Origin: Anaerolineae bacterium
GTDB lineage: Bacteria > Chloroflexota > Anaerolineae > JACIWR01
Direction: 5' to 3'
NCBI GenBank assembly: GCA_024653325.1
Contig: JANLFX010000001.1
Span: 10,228 to 74,227 of the forward strand
DNA: 64,000 nt
The translations under genes were made by a program, and so were the position numbers. The notes under the pieces were generated by a model. The model did no database searches. It was not told the DNA's origin and saw nothing but the letters and a program-made list of their open reading frames with translations. How positions within the stretch are numbered: position 1 is the stretch's first letter; each line of letters opens with the position of its first letter. Shown here one piece after another: positions 8,677 through 17,985 of the stretch.

Positions 8677-9915
8677 ATGGATTATAAGCGAAGGCGAAGG
8701 CACATGCCCCATTGGGCCGTATCACAATCTCTACGGAAGACCGTTCAATCATGCGTGTTATTGGCGCTGGTCTTTGCTCTTGATGGATGCCAAAATGGCC
8801 CGGCGACAGAAATGACCACGCTGCCGACGACAACCCCGCGAGTAATAGCAACCCTCGTTTCCACTTCAACGCCGGTGGACACGGTTTTTCCGACACCATC
8901 ACCTTCACCGACGCCCACTCCCACTCTGACCCCGACACCGGTTCCGCCACCGGTGCTGATCGCCAGTCATCCCATCGCTGGCGACCTGGCAGTACCCCTC
9001 TCCGCCCCTCTGGTGCTGGTCTTCGATCAGCCCATGGACGCTTCTTCCGTGGAATCTACATTGGTCATTTCACCGACGGTGGAGGGGAGTTTCAATTGGC
9101 CGCAGCCGGAGCGCATGGTCTTTACCCCAACGGCATGGGCAGAGAACACAGCTTACACGGTCACCCTGGATGGGAGGGCGCGCTCGGCAGCAGGGCAGCC
9201 GCTGGACGCGCCGTGGAAAATTGCATTCGCTACCGGCGGTGCGGGGGTTCCCGTCCCTATCCTGATGTACCACGCCTTGTTGGAGCTGGGGGACGACGCG
9301 ACATCAGTGCAATTGGAGTGGACCACTTCACCGCAGAGTTTCGCTGCGCAGATGGACTACCTGGCCCGGGCCGGGTACACGACCATCGGCTTCGATGACC
9401 TGCTCGCTTACCTGGAGCGGGCCGAGCCGCTCCCGCCAAAGCCGGTGCTCATCACCTTCGACGACGGGCACTACACTTTCCGCACCGAGGCCTGGCCGGT
9501 GTTGAAAGCCCATGGTTTCCGGGTCACTCTCTTTGTCCTGGCGGATTACACGGCTTATCCGGGTTATTTGAGTTGGGAGCAAATCGCGGAACTGGCCGGG
9601 GAGGGAGTGGTTATCGGCTCGCACGGGCTGGACCACACCGCGCTGACCAAAGTGGATGCTGACGAGGTGCTCCGCCAAGTACAGGAGTCCAAAGCGCTGA
9701 TCGAGGAGCATGTAGGTCAGCCAGTAACTCTGCTCAGCTATCCTTATGGGGCCTATAACGATACGGTGATCGGTATCCTGGGCCAGGTCGGATACCAGGC
9801 GGCCTGCACCATTAACCCCAGCTTTTACCAGCACCGGGGTGACCTCTATCGCCTGAGTCGCATTCATTCCACTTACAATGATACCCTGGAAGACTTCGCC
9901 GCTCGCCTGCCATAA
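8677..9915 (+). CDS. Secreted polysaccharide deacetylase (NodB/CE4 domain) with PT-rich linker and Ig-like domain
   Basis: N-terminal signal-like segment VLLALVFALDGC, then a PT linker, then NodB motifs TFDDGHYTF, the HxxxH region and GSHGLDHTALT. Confidence 0.8.
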   Translation: MDYKRRRRHMPHWAVSQSLRKTVQSCVLLALVFALDGCQNGPATEMTTLPTTTPRVIATLVSTSTPVDTVFPTPSPSPTPTPTLTPTPVPPPVLIASHPIAGDLAVPLSAPLVLVFDQPMDASSVESTLVISPTVEGSFNWPQPERMVFTPTAWAENTAYTVTLDGRARSAAGQPLDAPWKIAFATGGAGVPVPILMYHALLELGDDATSVQLEWTTSPQSFAAQMDYLARAGYTTIGFDDLLAYLERAEPLPPKPVLITFDDGHYTFRTEAWPVLKAHGFRVTLFVLADYTAYPGYLSWEQIAELAGEGVVIGSHGLDHTALTKVDADEVLRQVQESKALIEEHVGQPVTLLSYPYGAYNDTVIGILGQVGYQAACTINPSFYQHRGDLYRLSRIHSTYNDTLEDFAARLP

Positions 9916-9956
9916 ACAGACCTCCCGCAGGTTCAAAACCTGCAGAAGCTGAGCTC

Positions 9957-10883
9957 TCATTTGCGAAAACGGGGATCTCGTTCCAAAAGCAAACTCAGAC
10001 CCTGGTCCAGGTCCACTTTGGGACGGAACCCCAGCAGTTGGCGGGCCAGCCCGATGTCGGCCACCAGGCGGGAGACGCCGCCGCTTTCTGTGGTATTGTA
10101 GAGAGGGGTAACCGACCGCCCGGTAGCGCGGGCTACTTTCTCCACTACTTGATTGATGCTCACCTCCTGCCCGGAGCCGATGTTGATGATCGCCCGATCC
10201 ACGTTCTTGGCCGTAGCTGCGGCAATGAGAGCCTCTACCACATCATCCACATACACGAAATCGCGGGTCTGCTGTCCGTCACCGAACACTACCAGTGACC
10301 CGCCACTGAGTGCCTGTTTCACAAACTGAGGTATGACCGGTGGGTGTGAGGGGGGAATAAGCTGCCCCGGCCCGTAAGCGTTGAAAATGCGCAGCACCAC
10401 CGTCTCAATGCCCCACAGGGCGCCAATGGTGCGCACGTAGTACTCGGCGGCGAGCTTGCTCACGGCGTAGGGTGAGCTGGGGTTGGGCGGCAGGTCCTCG
10501 CTCACCGGTTGCTGCTCCTGTTCCCCGTAAACCGCCCCCGATGAGGTGAGGACCACGCGACGAATGCCTGCGTCGCGCATAGCTTCCATCACGCTTACCG
10601 TGCCCCCCACGTTCACGTCGTTGTACTCGCGCGGGTAGAGCAGCGATTCTGGCACCAGTACCCGGGCTGCCAGATGATAAACGCAGGTCACGCCCTGCAA
10701 CAACGTCCACAGTTTGGGCACGTCGCGGACGTCCCCCCGCGTGAAAAGCACTTTTGGGGAAAGCCGGTCTGGGTTGCCCGCGCTCAGATCGTCCAGCACT
10801 CGTACTTGATGTCCCTCTGCCGTTAATCGGTTGGCCAATGCTGTGCCTAGAAACCCTGCTCCACCGGTGATCAGCACTTTCAT
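9957..10883 (-). CDS. NAD-dependent epimerase/dehydratase (UDP-sugar 4-epimerase-like SDR)
   Basis: N-terminal Rossmann motif MKVLITGGAGFLGTALANRL and a YxxxK region (YAVSKLAAE). Confidence 0.85.
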   Translation of the reverse strand: MKVLITGGAGFLGTALANRLTAEGHQVRVLDDLSAGNPDRLSPKVLFTRGDVRDVPKLWTLLQGVTCVYHLAARVLVPESLLYPREYNDVNVGGTVSVMEAMRDAGIRRVVLTSSGAVYGEQEQQPVSEDLPPNPSSPYAVSKLAAEYYVRTIGALWGIETVVLRIFNAYGPGQLIPPSHPPVIPQFVKQALSGGSLVVFGDGQQTRDFVYVDDVVEALIAAATAKNVDRAIINIGSGQEVSINQVVEKVARATGRSVTPLYNTTESGGVSRLVADIGLARQLLGFRPKVDLDQGLSLLLERDPRFRK

Positions 10884-10901
10884 TCCGCTTTGCCCCCTGT
10901 G

Positions 10902-11010
10902 GGATTAAATCACGAATCATAACACAAATGGACGAATGACGTGAATAGCTGAGATAAAATTTTGCCATTCGCTATCCCGTGGAATTCGTGATTGGGGATG
11001 ATTTTAATCC
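10902..11010. repeat. Diverged CGAAT-iteron palindromic element related to family 2
   Basis: GGATTAAATCACGAAT ... ATTCGTGATTGGGGATGATTTTAATCC inverted arms with ACGAAT / GAATGAC iterons. GCCATTCGCTATCCCG is also found at 24001-24025. Confidence 0.45.
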
Positions 11011-11090
11011 TGGATCTCCCTTGACAGATGCGAATTGGGTCAACGGCGGCAATTATTATACCACGGATGGCCGTTCAGGGCGAAACCTGG

Positions 11091-11861
11091 CTACCGAAGA
11101 CGATGCCTGGCCCATCGCCACGTCAGAAGCACTATCCCGGTCACCATCATGACCAGGGAAAGCCATTGCCCGGCCCGCCAGCCTCCCCAGTAGAGCGTGT
11201 CGTCGCCGCGCGTCAATTCCAAAACGCACCCCAATCCCCCTATCAGAGCCAGACTGGTCAGGAAATTGCACCCGGCGACAGGCCAGCGTCGGCGAGTGGC
11301 CCACACGAACATGCAAGTGACCAAACTGCCAACCACACCCAGGGGTTGAGTTGCGAATCGCAGATCGCGTACCCCGTAAATATCCGGCAGGTCCCACACC
11401 ACCCATGATTGACTCGTGGCGGGCGCGCCATAAGCACAACCGGCCATCCAGCACGCCAACCATCCCCAGACCATGCCCAAAAGCAACCCGGGGGTGAGGG
11501 CATCCGCCAGCAGCCAAAATGAGAGCCGCGTCTTCCGTCCAGGCCAGGCTACGTAAGCTATCAGCCCAATGAGCCCGCCCCCAAAACCTCCGTACCACGA
11601 AAGTCCGCCTTTCCAAAGCCTGGCCGCATCGAGCAAATGCTCGCTGAAGTATGTCCAGTTGGCCAGGACATAGCCCAGGCGCGCTCCTAAAATACCCGTA
11701 CAAAGCACGCAGAAAATCGCATTGAGAATCTGATGGGGATTAATCCACAGCCGCCTCCCCTCCATCCAGGTCAAAACCATTCCACAGATCAGGCCTAAAT
11801 CGAGGAGGACGGTATAGGTGTACAAGGTGAATCCCTCTCCCCGTAGGAGAATTGGGTGCAT
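11091..11861 (-). CDS. lgt: Prolipoprotein diacylglyceryl transferase
   Basis: 256-aa polytopic protein with the Lgt signature GGLSWYGGFGGGLIGLIAY and an N-terminal HPILL...FTLYTY block. Confidence 0.85.
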   Translation of the reverse strand: MHPILLRGEGFTLYTYTVLLDLGLICGMVLTWMEGRRLWINPHQILNAIFCVLCTGILGARLGYVLANWTYFSEHLLDAARLWKGGLSWYGGFGGGLIGLIAYVAWPGRKTRLSFWLLADALTPGLLLGMVWGWLACWMAGCAYGAPATSQSWVVWDLPDIYGVRDLRFATQPLGVVGSLVTCMFVWATRRRWPVAGCNFLTSLALIGGLGCVLELTRGDDTLYWGGWRAGQWLSLVMMVTGIVLLTWRWARHRLR

Positions 11862-12149
11862 GAGATCTCCCCTCCGCTGGATTTGACAATACTTGCCTTC
11901 TATGCGATAATCCAGAATAGAATCGCGCCCACCAGGCGCATCGGTGCTATCATAGATTCAGGAGGTGATGCCAATGGACCACTGTAGTAGTACTTCTGGC
12001 GCCGTAGCATCACCTCAGATTATCGAGTAGCTACGGCGCAAAGCAGGGAGAGGGCCTTTCCCTAATCAGGAGAGGCTCTCTTTTTATCCGGACCCTCGAT
12101 ATATCGGGATGCCTGATCTCTTGCGCGAGTAAACGTAACTGCCCGGCCT

Positions 12150-12187
12150 GTCATTCTGAGCGCCCGAAGGGCGCGCCGCAGAATGAC
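12150..12187. repeat. 38-bp near-perfect palindrome GTCATTCTGAGCGCCCGAAGGGCGCGCCGCAGAATGAC inside a 945-bp non-coding region
   Basis: Nested inverted repeats, GTCATTCTG/CAGAATGAC outer and GCGCCC/GGGCGC inner. No flanking T-run. Confidence 0.5.
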
Positions 12188-12717
12188 ATTCGCAGAAGCT
12201 ACGAGCACGCAGTTGGTCTCCAGCCTAAGCAGTCCAGTATACAAGTTACGAGTAAACTAAGTATAGCAGATGTCCAGCCGAGGGGCAAGAAAGGTAATCT
12301 CCGTGGGGTGTGATGATCCATGTTGGAAGGGTGGGCGTCCGGCGGGACAAGCAAGGCAGCAACAAACACCCGATAGGGAGACCGCCAGGAGGCCACTGGC
12401 AAAAAAGAGCCCCCGGCGCCTTAACTGCGGGAGGAAGTCTAGCGCCTGGGGGCTGGGGGGGGTGACTATCCGCGGGGGGTTCTATGGTTTACAATGAGTC
12501 AGGGTTGAGTTACATCATCCGCCTCAAGTCAATTATATATTAACATGCACCGGTTAGACTGTTGTAAGAATTTCCATCAAATTTCACTAAAAAATATGGG
12601 ACTTTAGTGATGTGCTCTGTTTGAGATGGTTCATCTTTTCAGGAAAAGCGGCGCGGGAAGGGAGATAAGAGGGGGGAACTCACGCATCAAAAGTGTTAAC
12701 CAATTGTGAACCATCCC

Positions 12718-12746
12718 TTGACACTCTTGACAAATGGGAATAGAAT
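12718..12746 (+). promoter_or_regulatory. Sigma70-like promoter for the AddA-like gene (TTGACA, 17 nt spacer, TAGAAT)
   Basis: -35 TTGACA at 12718-12723, with a second overlapping TTGACA at 12727-12732, and -10 TAGAAT at 12741-12746. Confidence 0.5.
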
Positions 12747-12806
12747 GATGATGGGGTTCTCAAGAGGTATCGTGAATGAAGGGGAGGTTCAGCTATCTGG
12801 GACGAA

Positions 12807-15800
12807 GTGGCTTTCAAAACAAATGGGTTGATCCTCGAGGAAGTGCAGCCCTCAATCCTTTCCCTTTTGCAATTCACAGGCCGCCAGGCCGAAGCCGTCA
12901 CTGCCCGTGATGTCAGTCTGAGTATCACTGCCGGCGCCGGCTCGGGCAAGACGCGCACCCTTGTTGGGCGTTACCTGGCTTTGCTTGCCAAAGGCCTCCC
13001 CCTGCGCTCACTGGTGGCTATCACTTTCACTGAAAAAGCCGCCCGTGAGATGCGTACCCGTATCCGGCGCTACGTTGAAGAGTTGTTGGCCGCGGGGCAG
13101 GACTCTGCCTTGTGGGAATCCGCCTTTGCCGAATTGGACGCGGCGCGCATCGGTACCATCCACAGCTTGTGCGCGGCCATTCTGCGCGCTCACCCGGCCG
13201 AAGCCGCCGTTGACCCCGGCTTCGAGGTGCTCGAAGAGGGGATGGCTGCCGTGTTGCGTACCCAGGCGCTGGACAACGCCCTGGTGTGGGCCACCTCTGA
13301 TCCCGACGCAGCCACTCTGTTTGCCCTGCTGAAAGAACATGAACTGCGTCACGTGCTGAACTCTCTGCTGAACCGCCGTCTAGACGCCATCCCTGCTTTC
13401 GCTATCCTGGGCAACGATCCGCTCGCTGTCTGGTCGGCACGCTTGGCCGTCTGGTTGGATGAGCGGCTGGCTGCCCCGAACTGGCGCGATGCCCTGCAAA
13501 CACTGGCCTCTCTGCAGGCCAGCACCCCGCATGATAAGCTGGAACTTGCCCGTCAGCAAGTCCTGGCCCACTGGGACGAGGTGCAGGCCGCACGGATGGC
13601 CAACGATTGGGAAGCGCTTTTCGCCAGCTTGATAGCGCTGCGCCATGCCACCTCTACTGGCGGAGCAAAAAGCAACTGGGATGCCGATGACCTGCTTGCC
13701 GCCCGGGAGGCGATGTCTGAGCTGCAAGCCCACTACGATGCCGAGATTGCACCCGTAGTGAGTAAAGATAGACCCGTCGCCTGGGCTCTTGACCGGCGGG
13801 CGGCCGGAAGTCTTCCTCACCTGCGTCGCCTCTTCGAGCGTACCCTGACCGAGTATGAACAGCTTAAAGAAGCGCGGCGCGCCCTCGACTTCGACGACCT
13901 GGAAGCCCGCGCCGTAGCTCTGCTGGAAAACAATGCCGAGGTACGCGCTCGCTGGCAATCCGAGATCCGCGCCGTGTTGGTGGACGAATTCCAGGACACC
14001 AACGAACGCCAACGGCGTATCATCTACGCCCTGACCGGTTTTCCTTCGAGTTCCCCCAGTTCCCCGAATTCCTCTGAACTCCCAGAGTCCTTCCGCTCTC
14101 CCTCTTCCCTATTCATTGTCGGCGACGCTAAACAAAGCATTTACCGCTTTCGCGGAGCCGATGTGACTGTGTTTCGCGCCGTGCAGGCCGACGTGGCCGC
14201 CTCCGGCGGATGTTGCATTGACCTGGATCTAACTTTCCGCGCCCACCGTCCGCTGGTAGAGGCGGTCAATGCCCTGCTACGCCCCATTTTGGGCGAGGAG
14301 GACGATCCCGCTCGACCCTATCGGATACCTTTTACTCCTCTGCAAGCCTACCGCCAACGGCCTCGCGACGGGGTGCGTGAGCCTTTCGTCGAATTTCATC
14401 TGGGCCTGGGTGAGAACGCTGAACAAGGCCGCCAGGCTGCCGCCGCTGCCCTGGCCCGCCGGTTGCATCAACTGCGAGCCGAGGGCTTCGATTGGGGTGA
14501 AATGGCCCTTCTTTTCCGCGCCTCGACCGCTTTTAGCGTGTACGAGGATGCCCTGGAACGGGCCGGCATTCCCTTTGTCACTGTCGCCGGGCGTGGCTTT
14601 TACAATCGTCCCGAGGTACGCGATGTGCTCAACGCTTTGGCGGCCATCGCCGATCCTGCCGATGATCTGGCTCTGGCCGGATTGTTGCGCTCACCAGCCT
14701 TTGCCCTCACCGACGCCGTTCTATATCTGTTACGGTGGGGGCAAGGAGAGATGGGGAGAGAGGGCGAAGGGGAGAAACTCCTGTCTTTCTGGGAGGCGTT
14801 GCAGGATGAGGGTAGGCTAAGCTGCCTCGAGGCGGACGACGCTGCGCGCGCCTGCCGTGCCCGGCAGGTTATTGCAGACCTGCATGAATTGGCTGGCCGG
14901 GCCCTGGTCGCCGAGGTGCTCAAGCGTTTCCTGGATGTCACAAACTATCGAGCCATCCTGCGCCTGATTGGGGGTGGGGAGCGTCTGGTGCGCAACGTGG
15001 ACAAACTGCTGGCCGACGCGCATCGCAGCCAATTGGTGAGCACTGGCGACTTTCTGGAGTATGTGCAGACCTTGCGCGATGTGGGGGCGCGTGAAGGGGA
15101 AGCCCCGGTCGAGGCGGGAGGGGCAGTGCAGTTAATGACCGTACACAAAGCCAAAGGCCTCGAATTTCCTCTGGTTGTCATCGCCGACGCCGCTCACGGT
15201 GGTGGAGGAAGCAGCGGACCCGTGATCGTTACCCGTGACCTGGGTGTGGTGCTCGATCTGGCAGAAGCGGTCCCTGGCAGCAAAAACAACGCTCATCCGG
15301 CTACCTATCGCCTGGCCGCCTGGCACGATGCGCTGATGAACGAAGCCGAGGAGCGTCGGCTGCTCTATGTGGCGGCCACCCGCGCTCGAGAGAAGCTTAT
15401 CTTCAGTGGGCACGCCAAAATCAGTTGGGCTCAGGCGGACCCGGGACGGCTGTCCCTGGGTGGATGGTTAGGCTGGCTGGGCCAGGTAACCGGCCTGGAC
15501 CAGGTGCGCCTCTCCGCTATGCCGACTACGGCACAGATACTGGACCTGTCCTGGGAAAGCATTCCGTTGACCTGCGTGCTCTACCCGCTGCCGGAGGACA
15601 CGGCTGCTATCAAAGGGATGGTGGTTGACCTGGAGACTGTTGCTATCCAGGCGGATCTGGTGCCCGGCGATTTGGTAGCCCCGCCGGTTACAGTCGAGGA
15701 ACTGGCAAGCGATGATAAAACGCAGGACCGCGAGAGTGACCCACCGCCTCGCGTATGGCGCATCGTCCCTCGCACTCAACGGCCCACCGGTCCGGCGTGG

Positions 15801-16274
15801 GTGGTAGGTACCCTGGTGCATGAGGCCCTGCGTCGCTGGCGTTTTCCTGATCTGCCTAACTTCGAACCATTCCTGTACCCTTACGCCCTGCAGGCCGGCC
15901 TGACCGACCCGGTCGAGATCGCTGGGGCCATCGGCGAGGCCCGCCGCCTGCTCACCCGCTTCCAGGCCCATCCGCTGTACGCCGAGATGTCCGCTGCCGA
16001 GCGTTACCACGAAGTGCCCTACTGCGCCAGCCTGGAAAATAATTGCCAGGCCGGCATCGTGGATGCGCTGTACCGAATTGATGGACAATGGACCCTGGTC
16101 GAGTTCAAGACCGACGAGATAAGGAATCCTGCTGTCCTTGATGAGCACATCCGCGAAAATGGATACGACCGGCAGGTGCAGGCTTACGTTACCGCCCTGA
16201 CCCCATTACTGGGGCAGCAGCCCCGCGTTCTGTTAGTGTTCCTGAACTGCGGTGGTCAGGTGCGTGTGGTGTAA
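12807..16274 (+). CDS. AddA/UvrD-like ATP-dependent helicase with C-terminal PD-(D/E)XK nuclease domain
   Basis: 1155 aa with a GTG start. Walker A TAGAGSGKTRTL, UvrD motifs VDEFQDTN, GDAKQSIYRFRGAD, TVHKAKGLEF, VAATRAREKL, and C-terminal nuclease motifs DALYRIDGQWTLVEFKTDE. Confidence 0.85.
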   Translation: MAFKTNGLILEEVQPSILSLLQFTGRQAEAVTARDVSLSITAGAGSGKTRTLVGRYLALLAKGLPLRSLVAITFTEKAAREMRTRIRRYVEELLAAGQDSALWESAFAELDAARIGTIHSLCAAILRAHPAEAAVDPGFEVLEEGMAAVLRTQALDNALVWATSDPDAATLFALLKEHELRHVLNSLLNRRLDAIPAFAILGNDPLAVWSARLAVWLDERLAAPNWRDALQTLASLQASTPHDKLELARQQVLAHWDEVQAARMANDWEALFASLIALRHATSTGGAKSNWDADDLLAAREAMSELQAHYDAEIAPVVSKDRPVAWALDRRAAGSLPHLRRLFERTLTEYEQLKEARRALDFDDLEARAVALLENNAEVRARWQSEIRAVLVDEFQDTNERQRRIIYALTGFPSSSPSSPNSSELPESFRSPSSLFIVGDAKQSIYRFRGADVTVFRAVQADVAASGGCCIDLDLTFRAHRPLVEAVNALLRPILGEEDDPARPYRIPFTPLQAYRQRPRDGVREPFVEFHLGLGENAEQGRQAAAAALARRLHQLRAEGFDWGEMALLFRASTAFSVYEDALERAGIPFVTVAGRGFYNRPEVRDVLNALAAIADPADDLALAGLLRSPAFALTDAVLYLLRWGQGEMGREGEGEKLLSFWEALQDEGRLSCLEADDAARACRARQVIADLHELAGRALVAEVLKRFLDVTNYRAILRLIGGGERLVRNVDKLLADAHRSQLVSTGDFLEYVQTLRDVGAREGEAPVEAGGAVQLMTVHKAKGLEFPLVVIADAAHGGGGSSGPVIVTRDLGVVLDLAEAVPGSKNNAHPATYRLAAWHDALMNEAEERRLLYVAATRAREKLIFSGHAKISWAQADPGRLSLGGWLGWLGQVTGLDQVRLSAMPTTAQILDLSWESIPLTCVLYPLPEDTAAIKGMVVDLETVAIQADLVPGDLVAPPVTVEELASDDKTQDRESDPPPRVWRIVPRTQRPTGPAWVVGTLVHEALRRWRFPDLPNFEPFLYPYALQAGLTDPVEIAGAIGEARRLLTRFQAHPLYAEMSAAERYHEVPYCASLENNCQAGIVDALYRIDGQWTLVEFKTDEIRNPAVLDEHIRENGYDRQVQAYVTALTPLLGQQPRVLLVFLNCGGQVRVV

Positions 16275-16328
16275 AATCAGCAAATCAGCAAATCAGCAAA
16301 TCAGCAAATCAGCAAATCAGCAAATCAG
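16274..16328. repeat. Tandem 8-mer repeat (CAAATCAG) x7 overlapping the addA stop codon
   Basis: Perfect direct repeats directly visible. Confidence 0.9.
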
Positions 16329-16355
16329 TTTAATCGGCTGACCCGGATCGGCGAA

Positions 16356-17660
16356 TCAGGGGACTATCTGATACACCAGCGGAGGGGACTGCACCGGCGT
16401 CTCACTCCAGGTATAAGCGGCTAACAGACGTTCCCGTGCTTCAGGGAGGAGGCGCTCATCGTTGGCGTGGATAGTCAGCAGGGGCTGTCCCTGCTCCACG
16501 AAATCGCCGACCTTAGCTGCCAGCACGACGCCGACCGCCAGATCAATCGTATCCCCTTTCTTCGTCCGCCCTGCCCCTAATAGCACTGCTGTCAAGCCCA
16601 CTTGCCTCGCATCGAGACCGGCAATATACCCGCTGCGCGGAGCAGGTACTGTCTCGATCAGGCGAGCGCGGGGCAGATCAGGTGGATCAGTGAGCACAGC
16701 CGGGTCGCCCCCCTGAGCCGTGACCCACTCCACAAATTTATCCCAAGCGCGGCCCGATTCCAGGGCTTCGGTCAGAATGCGTCGCGCCGTTGTTGTGTCC
16801 TCGGCCTTGCCGCCCAGGATGAGCATCTGCTCGGCCACGATCAGGCAATGCTCGACAAAATCCGCCGGTCCTCGCCCGCGCAGAGCTTCCATGGCCTCGG
16901 CCGTTTCCAGTGCATTGCCTACTGCCCGTCCCAGAGGCTGATTCATGTCCGAGATCACTGCCCTGACCTGGCGGCCCACTCCCTGTCCCACCTCCACCAT
17001 GATGCGGGCCAGCGCGATCGCGTCCTCAATGGTTTGCATGAACGCCCCTTTGCCCACTTTCACATCCAGCACAATGGCGTCCGCGCCGCTGGCGATTTTC
17101 TTGCTCATCACCGAACTGGCGATGAGCGGAAGCGAAGCCACAGTAGCTGTCACATCGCGCAGGGCGTACAGTTTGCCGTCTGCAGGGGCCAGGTCCGCTG
17201 TCTGCCCGGCGACCACTACCCCATGATCACGGAGCTGGGTCAGGAACTCCTCAATGCTCAACGGCACTTTGTATCCCCGGATAGATTCCAGCTTGTCCAA
17301 CGTACCACCGGAGAATCCCAACCCCCGTCCGGACATCTTGCCCACTGGTAGCCCGCAGGCGGCCACCAACGGGGCAACCATGATAGTAGTCTTGTCGCCC
17401 ACCCCCCCGGTAGAATGCTTGTCCACCACGAACGGAGCCGCCTCATGCAAGTCCAATATCTCACCAGAATGGACCATAGCCAGGGTCAAATCAATTGTTT
17501 CCCGGTGGCTCATTCCCCGCAGGTAAACGGCCATGGCCCACGCCGCCGCCTGATAGTCTGGTATGTCACCGCGAGTATAACCCCGGATGAAAAACTCGAT
17601 TTCTTCTTTGCTCAGTTCCCCACCATCGCGCTTCTTAGCAATAATGTCTACAGCTTTCAT
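16356..17660 (-). CDS. Pyrimidine-nucleoside (thymidine) phosphorylase
   Basis: 434 aa with motifs [11 protein letters not shown] and [17 protein letters not shown], and a C-terminal PYNP domain. Confidence 0.85.
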   Translation of the reverse strand: MKAVDIIAKKRDGGELSKEEIEFFIRGYTRGDIPDYQAAAWAMAVYLRGMSHRETIDLTLAMVHSGEILDLHEAAPFVVDKHSTGGVGDKTTIMVAPLVAACGLPVGKMSGRGLGFSGGTLDKLESIRGYKVPLSIEEFLTQLRDHGVVVAGQTADLAPADGKLYALRDVTATVASLPLIASSVMSKKIASGADAIVLDVKVGKGAFMQTIEDAIALARIMVEVGQGVGRQVRAVISDMNQPLGRAVGNALETAEAMEALRGRGPADFVEHCLIVAEQMLILGGKAEDTTTARRILTEALESGRAWDKFVEWVTAQGGDPAVLTDPPDLPRARLIETVPAPRSGYIAGLDARQVGLTAVLLGAGRTKKGDTIDLAVGVVLAAKVGDFVEQGQPLLTIHANDERLLPEARERLLAAYTWSETPVQSPPLVYQIVP

Positions 17661-17692
17661 CTAAACTCCTTATCTCGAGTAATATCTGGCAA

Positions 17693-17901
17693 GTAGGACA
17701 AGCTTGAGCTTGTCCTACGGATCGCCGAAGGTCTCTCGACCGAGGCGAAGGGGGCTCGGTGAGGACACCTTCGCCCATCACGGGTGCGAGCTGTGGCTGT
17801 AAGTATCCCCATTGCCTCCCACCGACCTGTCGTCAGGCGCGACAAAAGTAGTAGGATTATACCACAACTGGTAAATGTAGGACAAATTGCCAATTTGTCC
17901 T
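17693..17901. promoter_or_regulatory. Two perfect palindromes sharing GTAGGACAA/TTGTCCTAC half-sites in the divergent pdp/rnz intergenic region
   Basis: 17693-17718 is GTAGGACAAGC-ttga-GCTTGTCCTAC and 17879-17901 is AGGACAAATTG-c-CAATTTGTCCT. The second overlaps the -35 of the rnz promoter. Confidence 0.5.
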
Positions 17902-17923
17902 GTACTAATTGCTGTGCTATAAT
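17895..17923 (+). promoter_or_regulatory. Sigma70-like promoter for rnz (TTGTCC, 17 nt spacer, TATAAT)
   Basis: -10 TATAAT at 17918-17923. AGGAG RBS 5 nt before ATG 17986. Confidence 0.5.
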
Positions 17924-17985
17924 GCTATCCATGTTAACAGTGTGAACGGGGAAGCGCACCATTTCTCGTTCTGTACAGGAGACCC

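Noticed and set aside
11862-12806. tmRNA, RNase P RNA, SRP RNA or 6S RNA in the long non-coding gap
   Set aside because: None of the conserved motifs I know is present on either strand. These are GGAAAGTCCGGGC for RNase P, the GGUUCGAAUCC-like T-arm for tmRNA, and GGAAGCAGCCAAGGCAG for SRP. Left only as an unassigned candidate region.
16274-16328. Possible CRISPR array from the tandem repeats
   Set aside because: The units are 7-8 nt perfect direct repeats with no spacers, far shorter than CRISPR repeats. The same applies to the arrays at 44864-44913 and 59553-59584.
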